Shown: positions 25,282 through 31,177 of the stretch, piece by piece | Layout of the letters: every line of letters starts with the position of its first letter | Numbering within the stretch: the stretch's first letter is position 1 | IMG/VR virus record: IMGVR_UViG_2713896907_000007 | Span: 1-31,177 of that record | Direction: 5' to 3' (one strand) | DNA length: 31,177 bases | Origin: a virus | Lineage: Duplodnaviria > Heunggongvirae > Uroviricota > Caudoviricetes | The notes under the pieces: generated by a model | What the model was told of the DNA's origin: nothing | What the model saw: only the letters and a program-made list of their open reading frames with translations | Database searches by the model: none | Program-made: the position numbers and the translations under genes

Positions 25282-27570
25282 TTATATGAAAAATGACACG
25301 CCATCTTGAAACCCGAACCACTCATTAGCAACCAGATACGTGAATTTTTTCCCGCCATAATTTACGGTTGCCCCACGCGCCAGCGCCTCAAGCTCCCATC
25401 GCTGCGGCCTGATACCGTTCTGAGCAAGGTCAACGCGGATACGGGTAATTTGCATTCGTTCCGACCGGGTCAGTCTGGCCGATGGTGCCATTTCATACTG
25501 TTTTAACGGGCTTCCGTTTCTCTGCTGACGATTTGGTGTTCTCAGCCCGTGTTTTAATGCGTCCCTGAGCGCCCTCACGACCTCCGGGTCATTCCATTCG
25601 ATAACACCGTCATCAACCAGATTAAGCACTGCTGCGGCGTGCTCAGAAGGTGTGGGAGCCGGTAACGAAGTATCACCACCGGAGAGCTTTCCACAGTTAT
25701 TGACAGGACTCCGAGGCGCGGCGATGCCGCTTTTTAAAGTCAAAGGCTCAACGACCGGCACTTTCGGAACAATGCGCCAGTCCGTCGTTCTGGTGATATG
25801 AATATGACGCGCGCCGAGATGCGGCGCGTAAATGCCGACCACTCTCTCGACTTCTTCCTCGTACTCGTTAACTTCATCCGACGGACTACGGGCGACCCTG
25901 ACAGTCTGACAATCGCGCGGGACATTTGCCCCACCCTGCGCGCTGATATACAGCGCAAAATCGCCACTGTCTGCGGCAGCGCGTGCAGCCTCGACGCGTT
26001 CGTCAAACTCATCAGCAATGCTGACGCCGCGAGGTAATTTGCGTAGTTCACGGTAAGCCCCCATTGTCGGCAGGCCAACCGTTTTAAATTGCGGAATGCG
26101 CCACGTTGACGCCCATGCGGTAACAGCCGCGGCAGTGTCTTTCAGCGGCCTGCCGGTATCGTTATCGAGCTGACCATCCAGTGCATAGCCGTCGATGTTT
26201 TTTGAAATGTATTTCGCGATATACCCCGCAGCACCGCCCCGGTTAAGGTGTTTTGCCTGAAAACGGTTTCGCGCGGCTCCTCTTTCGTCGCCATCCTCTT
26301 TGAGCGCATAGCGACGCATGATTTCGATAATCTGGTTACGCTGGCGCGGATTACAAAAAAGCATCATATGCCAGTGCGGCGTTCCGTCGTGGTGTGGCTC
26401 GACGACACGCAAACCGTAGACCTGTAAATCATTATCCTTGAATGCCGTGCGCATCAGGCTCCAGATACGGCAGAGATAACGCTGCGCATCCTTTGGATTA
26501 AATGCCTCATCGTTCCAGCCGTGATTTAGCTGGACGGTTTTACTTTCGCCTTTTCTGACCTGACGTGTCGGGTGATACTTTGACGGCGCGGTCAGCGTGA
26601 TAAACATCCCCACATCACCCTCTGCTGCGGCGTAACGCTCAATACCAGCAATGGTGTTCATCAGCTCCATCCGGCGAATTTCAGGATTAGAAATACTGCC
26701 CATCACCTTACTGATAAGGTCGATGCGCTCGCCGGTTTCCCTGTTTTCAAGGTCACACGATTTAAGAAATTCCAGATTTGCCTGGCGGCGCGCACGCACA
26801 TCACGAATGGCATGTTTACTGGCATAAGGAGAACGGTCTTTATTGACCTCCCCGACAGCTATCAGTAACGCCTCATGCCAGCGCATACGCTGGCCTTTAA
26901 GCTGATGAGTCCACCACTCATCGTTAAACAGGCGGGCAATGGCAGAATATGCCTGCCTCGTGGTCATCTGTCCTTTACGGTATTTTTTCCAGTAGAGCGG
27001 GGAAATATTGAAAGCACGTGCAGCGCCAGCAACATGACCATAGAGGTGAGCCTGCGCCTCATCCGTAAACAGCGATTCTTTTTCGCCATGTGCATCAACC
27101 CAGGTATCGCAGAGTTCCTCATACATCATGAAAAGCTGCGATGAGATACGGGCAGCAAACTTTTTCAGCTCCTTGTCATTCATTCCCGGCAGGCGCGCAT
27201 AGTGGTCACGCTCTGCCAGAAACAGCAACGACGCGTCGGTGTTCATTTCATGGCGCTGATTCACACGCTCAATGCGCGGCCATAAACGACGCTGAAAAGT
27301 GGATGTGAGGAAATAAAACCCGTGCACCGGGCTTTTATTGCGCCGGATGTAGTCATAACGTGAAGTAAACAGCGAGCGCAAAAAGTAAGGCAGGCGGTTA
27401 ATCGTGGATAAAACACCTTGCACCTGACGCATCTCGTCACGTGTAAGGGGTCTTTCGCGCCCGACAGCCTCGCGTGGCGCGTTCCATGCATAAGCACCGG
27501 TAAACGTCTTACCGGTGCCTGCGGCAAATGCTGACGGAGGGACAAAACGCCCGGAGGCTTTAACGGCCAT
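25282..27570 (-). CDS. A: Replication initiation protein A (rolling-circle endonuclease, about 762 aa)
   Basis: ORF 25282..27612 trimmed to MAVKASGRFVPPSAFAAGTGKTF..., which avoids overlap with the upstream gene and gives a length close to P2 gpA (761 aa). Confidence 0.9.
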   Translation of the reverse strand: MAVKASGRFVPPSAFAAGTGKTFTGAYAWNAPREAVGRERPLTRDEMRQVQGVLSTINRLPYFLRSLFTSRYDYIRRNKSPVHGFYFLTSTFQRRLWPRIERVNQRHEMNTDASLLFLAERDHYARLPGMNDKELKKFAARISSQLFMMYEELCDTWVDAHGEKESLFTDEAQAHLYGHVAGAARAFNISPLYWKKYRKGQMTTRQAYSAIARLFNDEWWTHQLKGQRMRWHEALLIAVGEVNKDRSPYASKHAIRDVRARRQANLEFLKSCDLENRETGERIDLISKVMGSISNPEIRRMELMNTIAGIERYAAAEGDVGMFITLTAPSKYHPTRQVRKGESKTVQLNHGWNDEAFNPKDAQRYLCRIWSLMRTAFKDNDLQVYGLRVVEPHHDGTPHWHMMLFCNPRQRNQIIEIMRRYALKEDGDERGAARNRFQAKHLNRGGAAGYIAKYISKNIDGYALDGQLDNDTGRPLKDTAAAVTAWASTWRIPQFKTVGLPTMGAYRELRKLPRGVSIADEFDERVEAARAAADSGDFALYISAQGGANVPRDCQTVRVARSPSDEVNEYEEEVERVVGIYAPHLGARHIHITRTTDWRIVPKVPVVEPLTLKSGIAAPRSPVNNCGKLSGGDTSLPAPTPSEHAAAVLNLVDDGVIEWNDPEVVRALRDALKHGLRTPNRQQRNGSPLKQYEMAPSARLTRSERMQITRIRVDLAQNGIRPQRWELEALARGATVNYGGKKFTYLVANEWFGFQDGVSFFI

Positions 27571-27835
27571 ATGAGCCAAAAGCCTCTGAACAACGCCTGC
27601 TGAGTTGCTCAACCTGCGCGTTTAAATCAGCAAAAGACTTTGCGCTTCCGGTCAGAATATCGTGATGCATCAGGCCGGAAACGAGCTGGCTTAATTTCGG
27701 GTAATAACCAACCACCGCCAGCCATTCCTGACCGGCGTTTTTACCGCTTTCCGCTCTCTTTTTCTCGTGGAGAATAAACTGAAAGCTGTCACTGGTAACG
27801 ACATAACGTTCGCCAATTTCAATACGAATGCTCAT
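27560..27835 (-). CDS. Hypothetical protein (91 aa), P2 orf83-like
   Basis: 91-aa ORF directly upstream of A in the early operon. Confidence 0.75.
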   Translation of the reverse strand: MSIRIEIGERYVVTSDSFQFILHEKKRAESGKNAGQEWLAVVGYYPKLSQLVSGLMHHDILTGSAKSFADLNAQVEQLSRRCSEAFGSYGR

Positions 27836-28056
27836 GCCATTCTCCGGTAATGTTTGTTTTTTGCTTCAAAGACTGACTGACAGGAAACACAACGCGTGGC
27901 TGACGGATAAGCCGCACGACGGGCAGCAGGTATTGGCGCGTCACACTCTTCGCAAACCAGCGCAGAAGCACCGCAATGTTTTACTCTTGCCGCGTTAATC
28001 TGGCGCTCCAGTAATTCAGCCTGTTGTTCCTGAATAAAATCTACGTTGTCCGGCAT
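27832..28056 (-). CDS. TraR/DksA-family C4 zinc-finger protein (74 aa), P2 orf82-like
   Basis: CEECDAPIP...CVSC four-cysteine pattern in a 74-aa protein; position matches P2 orf82. Confidence 0.8.
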   Translation of the reverse strand: MPDNVDFIQEQQAELLERQINAARVKHCGASALVCEECDAPIPAARRAAYPSATRCVSCQSVFEAKNKHYRRMA

Positions 28057-28361
28057 TACCAGCTCCTTTTGTCGTTAAGTTTTTTAAATTCATCAGCGCA
28101 ATAGCTGGCAATTTCTGTCGTTAATTTCGTCAGTTCATCCACGGAGGAGATTTGCTTGTGAAATACAGCGCGTTTAACAAGTAAATTGACCACATCAGAC
28201 AGGAGATTTAATTCGTTCTGATAAATCGCGATAACAGACTCAGTTATTTCGCGTTTTTCTTTATCAAGACCCAGTTGAATAAGAGACAAATCGCCATTTT
28301 TCATAACAGCGATTTTTAAGGCGTTATTCAGTAATACAACTGAATGAGAACAGGACATCAA
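28056..28361 (-). CDS. Hypothetical protein (101 aa), P2 orf81-like
   Basis: ORF in the early operon with overlapping stop/start junctions. Confidence 0.7.
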   Translation of the reverse strand: MMSCSHSVVLLNNALKIAVMKNGDLSLIQLGLDKEKREITESVIAIYQNELNLLSDVVNLLVKRAVFHKQISSVDELTKLTTEIASYCADEFKKLNDKRSW

Positions 28362-28582
28362 AGCACCTCCCCGCGAGATAATCCGATATTGTGAAATTTT
28401 TCCGACTCCTGACTGAGCAGCTCGACTATCTCCACGCGGGATAACTCCGCCTTTGTGATGTGGCGAATCATGGCGTCAAGATGAGAAGAAAAGCGCGTCG
28501 CTGCGTCGGCCTGTGCTTCGGTTCTGGCCTGTTGCAGCAGTAATGCGTATTTACCGCACTGATTTTCAGAAACTGTATGCAT
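28358..28582 (-). CDS. Hypothetical protein (74 aa), P2 orf80-like
   Basis: ORF in the early operon between B and orf81. Confidence 0.7.
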   Translation of the reverse strand: MHTVSENQCGKYALLLQQARTEAQADAATRFSSHLDAMIRHITKAELSRVEIVELLSQESEKFHNIGLSRGEVL

Positions 28583-28645
28583 GACTTTCTCCAGGCAAAA
28601 AGAAGCCCCGCACGATTAAGTGCGTTAAAAACTCTGGTTAATTAC

Positions 28646-29146
28646 TTAATGCAGATATTGCTCTGGTTTTACCGACGTCAGAATTGTCGGTGCATACTCA
28701 AACAGACTGAATAATTCACGTAACGCACGGAATAAAGCATCACGCCAGTAACATGACTCTTCATTAATTCGCCAGTATGGCTGGTTAAATTCTTTTTCAG
28801 TCAATCCGGCATGCATAAATAAAGTACGGCGCTGACTGACTGTTAAAAAACTAATATATGCATATTCACTTGCGCCAACCTGACGGCGTTTTGAGAATGC
28901 CCCACGCAATTCATCAATTGCACATACCAGTCGTTCACGTTCGACGTCGTTCATTTCTTCAAAACGCATCGTTGCGTGACGCTGTTTTAACTGCGCATGG
29001 AAGCAAACCGTTAGCCGTTCGCGCTCCATCATCTGATTATAATAATCACATGTCTCCTGCCAGCGAGGGACGGCAAGATGCTTACCAATTATCCGGCGCA
29101 TAGCTGCTGGCTGTTTTTCGACGAGATTGAGCGTCATCACTGTCAT
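28646..29146 (-). CDS. B: Replication protein B (166 aa)
   Basis: 166-aa ORF (MTVMTLNLVEKQPAAMRRIIGKHLAVPRWQ...) matching P2 gpB in size and position. Confidence 0.88.
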   Translation of the reverse strand: MTVMTLNLVEKQPAAMRRIIGKHLAVPRWQETCDYYNQMMERERLTVCFHAQLKQRHATMRFEEMNDVERERLVCAIDELRGAFSKRRQVGASEYAYISFLTVSQRRTLFMHAGLTEKEFNQPYWRINEESCYWRDALFRALRELFSLFEYAPTILTSVKPEQYLH

Positions 29147-29313
29147 TTCCAGACCCTCCGGCTTTTCAGAAAGGTCAGAGCCTTTTTTAACGGACTCTGT
29201 TTTTTGGTGCGGATAATGATTCCCTTGCGACCCTTACCGTGGGTGATGGTGAAGTCAATCGCCCTGGGGCTTTCGTTACGCAATAACTGAGCAATACAAC
29301 GAGGCTCGTTCAT
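29143..29313 (-). CDS. Small basic protein (56 aa), P2 orf78-like
   Basis: ORF 29143..29403 would overlap cox by 80 nt; the internal Met at 29313 has an SD AAGGTGGAAAGG and begins after the cox stop (29324). Confidence 0.6.
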   Translation of the reverse strand: MNEPRCIAQLLRNESPRAIDFTITHGKGRKGIIIRTKKQSPLKKALTFLKSRRVWK

Positions 29314-29323
29314 CCTTTCCACC

Positions 29324-29695
29324 TTAAGCCGCACGGCCATGTCTTGATTTGCTGTAACTAATGCGATTTTTCCAGTCATGCCATTCTGTCGGAGCTTCAT
29401 CAACTAGCTGGGCTGCGTACTTGTCCCACTCACGGCGATTAATCCATAATTCAGCTTTCCCTCTTGGTTTTAATGGGTCTGTCATGTAGAAGGCTGGCAG
29501 CTTTCCTGCTTTAGCCATTTCAGCCACCGCGCGTGGTGTCTTACCGATGTAAAGAGCAAAACCTTCTTTCGACAGCAAATCAGATGGGCGCTCTGAAATC
29601 TGAATGCTTTTACGTTTGGCTTCATTTTCGAAACTTGCCTCATCGCTAGTTGGACAAGAAATTTCTACATTTGTCGTCACTTTGCTATCCTCCAT
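29324..29695 (-). CDS. cox: Cox-like excisionase/transcriptional regulator (up to 123 aa)
   Basis: Core FALYIGKTPRAVAEMAKAGKLPAFYMTDP resembles the P2 Cox HTH region (..IGKSTGAVRRMIDKGKLPVIDMTDP) as I recall it; first gene of the leftward early operon, divergent from C. N-terminus about 29 aa longer than P2 Cox, so the true start may lie downstream (a GTG at codon 6 follows GGAGGA). Confidence 0.75.
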   Translation of the reverse strand: MEDSKVTTNVEISCPTSDEASFENEAKRKSIQISERPSDLLSKEGFALYIGKTPRAVAEMAKAGKLPAFYMTDPLKPRGKAELWINRREWDKYAAQLVDEAPTEWHDWKNRISYSKSRHGRAA

Positions 29696-29788
29696 AAGAT
29701 TTGCGATTCACCAACTGGAGCCATCTAGAGCCTTTTTGAGCAAATCACAAATTGCCAAGTAACAATATAATTGGAGATTAGCAAAATT
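29696..29788. promoter_or_regulatory. Lysis-lysogeny switch region (divergent Pe/Pc promoters and operators, inferred)
   Basis: 93-bp gap between divergent cox and C; in P2 this holds the face-to-face promoters and the C operators. Imperfect direct repeats GATTCACC (29705..29712) and AATCACAA (29743..29750) noted but not verified as operators. Confidence 0.45.
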
Positions 29789-30088
29789 ATGTCAAGTGAA
29801 CAAAGTGAGAAACTAAAGCTCATCCGTGAATCTGAACGCCTTAAAACTAAGGAACTTGCTGAATTAATTGGAATTAATTACTACACATATCATGGATATG
29901 AATCAGGAAAATCAAAAATGCCTATGGAAGCAGGTATGAAGCTGTTTAAGCATCCACGCTTTCGCAAGTATCGTGACTGGTTCATGTTTGATGAAACAGA
30001 TCCAGCAGCTGGACAAATAGCCCCGGCTCTCGCACACATTGGGCAAGACTCAACAACCTTGCACCACTCAGACCAGAAGACTGGCTGA
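29789..30088 (+). CDS. C: Immunity repressor C (99 aa)
   Basis: ORF 29771..30088 begins at a TTG; the ATG at 29789 gives 99 aa, and the C-terminus ...GQIAPALAHIGQDSTTLHHSDQKTG closely resembles the P2 C repressor as I recall it. Confidence 0.85.
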   Translation: MSSEQSEKLKLIRESERLKTKELAELIGINYYTYHGYESGKSKMPMEAGMKLFKHPRFRKYRDWFMFDETDPAAGQIAPALAHIGQDSTTLHHSDQKTG

Positions 30089-30181
30089 CGATTTATTCAG
30101 CATATGTGTGTAGTAAATGTACGAAAGAAAATTGCATTAATTTTCAAGTAGTAGAAGTAAACAGCGTCATCGGAGGGCTTT

Positions 30182-31177
30182 ATGTCTATTAAAAAGCTCG
30201 ATGATGGTCGTTATGAAGTGGACGTCAGACCGCAGGGTGCAGATGGAAAACGTATCAGGCGGAAATTTAAAACTAAAGGTGAAGCTCAAGCATTCGAACG
30301 TCATGTACTGGTTAACTACCACAACAAAGAGTGGTTGGAGAAACCAGCCGACCGCCGAACTCTTACAGAGTTGTTAGGCAGATGGTGGATATATCACGGA
30401 AAATCACATGAGCGTGGAGATATTGAACGGGGGCGTTTAACGACAATAATCGCCAAATTTGCAGAAATGGGAGTGTCCAGAGCTGACCAGCTAACAAAGA
30501 AAACGATAACTGATTATCGCGTTGTAATGATGAACGATGGTCTGAAACCAGCCAGCGTAAATCGACATCTGGCAATAATGAGCGGGATGTTCACCAAGTT
30601 AATTGACGCCGGTGAATACCACTCTCACAACCCGTTCCGTGAGATTAAACGGTTACGTGAAGCTGTTACGGAAATGGCTTTTTTGTCCAGTGAAGAGATT
30701 ACGCGGCTGTTATCCATGCTTGATGGTGATGAATTAAATGCAACTCTGGTCTGCCTTTCTACTGGTGGACGCTGGAGTGAAGTGTCTAATTTAAAAGCTG
30801 AACACATCATTAACCAGATGGTTACGTTTATGAAAACTAAAAACGGAAAACGCAGGACAATTCCCGTTTCGCAGGACCTGATTAAACGGATCAAGACCAA
30901 AAATTCAGGCAGGCTTTTTAATGCCAGTTACTACAAAGTGCGTAACGCTCTCAGGGAAGTAAAACCCGATTTACCTGACGGACAAGCAGTACATGTTTTG
31001 AGGCATACATTTGCCACACATTTTATAATGAATGGAGGTAACATAATCACATTGCAGCGCATCCTGGGTCATTCTAACATTCAGCAAACTATGACCTACG
31101 CACACTTTGCACCGGATTTCTTACAAGATGCTGTGACTCTTAACCCGGTGTCAGGAATGTCCATAATGCGTCCATAA
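30182..31177 (+). CDS. int: Tyrosine integrase (331 aa)
   Basis: MSIKKLDDGRYEVDVRPQGADGKRIRRKF... N-terminus and C-terminal catalytic region HVLRHTFATHFIMNGGNIITLQRILGHSNIQQTMTYAHF (R..H..R/H..Y) resemble the P2 integrase; stop codon is the last 3 bases of the window. Confidence 0.92.
   Translation: MSIKKLDDGRYEVDVRPQGADGKRIRRKFKTKGEAQAFERHVLVNYHNKEWLEKPADRRTLTELLGRWWIYHGKSHERGDIERGRLTTIIAKFAEMGVSRADQLTKKTITDYRVVMMNDGLKPASVNRHLAIMSGMFTKLIDAGEYHSHNPFREIKRLREAVTEMAFLSSEEITRLLSMLDGDELNATLVCLSTGGRWSEVSNLKAEHIINQMVTFMKTKNGKRRTIPVSQDLIKRIKTKNSGRLFNASYYKVRNALREVKPDLPDGQAVHVLRHTFATHFIMNGGNIITLQRILGHSNIQQTMTYAHFAPDFLQDAVTLNPVSGMSIMRP

Noticed and set aside
1-31177. CRISPR arrays, rRNA/tRNA genes, IS elements or transposases
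   Set aside because: No regularly spaced direct repeats, no sequence with tRNA or rRNA character and no transposase-like ORF were seen; the only mobile-element features are those of the phage itself.

Overview
This window is an almost complete P2-like (Peduovirus-type) temperate phage genome or prophage from an enterobacterium. It opens on the stop codon of ogr (1..219, minus) and closes on the stop codon of the integrase (30182..31177, plus), so only the ogr-int intergenic region that would hold attP/attL/attR is missing. The gene order and protein lengths match coliphage P2 nearly one for one: ogr, D, U, T, E/E', FII, FI, [cargo], G, H, I, J, W, V, S, R, lysC/lysB/lysA, K, Y, X, L, M, N, O on the minus strand, then P and Q on the plus strand, then cos, [cargo], A, four small orfs, B, orf78, cox (minus) and C, int (plus). 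Assignments rest on my recollection of P2 protein sequences and sizes; no database search was possible. Two AT-rich islands interrupt this backbone at the two classic P2 variable loci. (1) Between cos and replication gene A, where P2 carries tin/old, there is instead a minus-strand operon of a small ORF, an XRE-type HTH protein and a 316-aa reverse transcriptase with retron-type motifs (NAxxH, FFPS, LPTG, YVDD, VTG), preceded by a hairpin-rich non-coding stretch that may encode the msr/msd RNA; a convergent 145-aa ORF of unknown function sits beside it. This is the most likely candidate for a novel or poorly described anti-phage system in the window. (2) At the Z/fun position between FI and G there is a single AT-rich 368-aa ORF on the opposite strand with no motif I can recognise. 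Also present are the canonical E/E' -1 frameshift site (TTTTTTG), nested spanin genes, an exact match to the P2 19-nt cos sequence as I recall it, intrinsic terminators, and a tail fibre with three tandem 39-aa repeats and a His-rich C-terminus. No tRNA, rRNA, CRISPR array or transposase was found.
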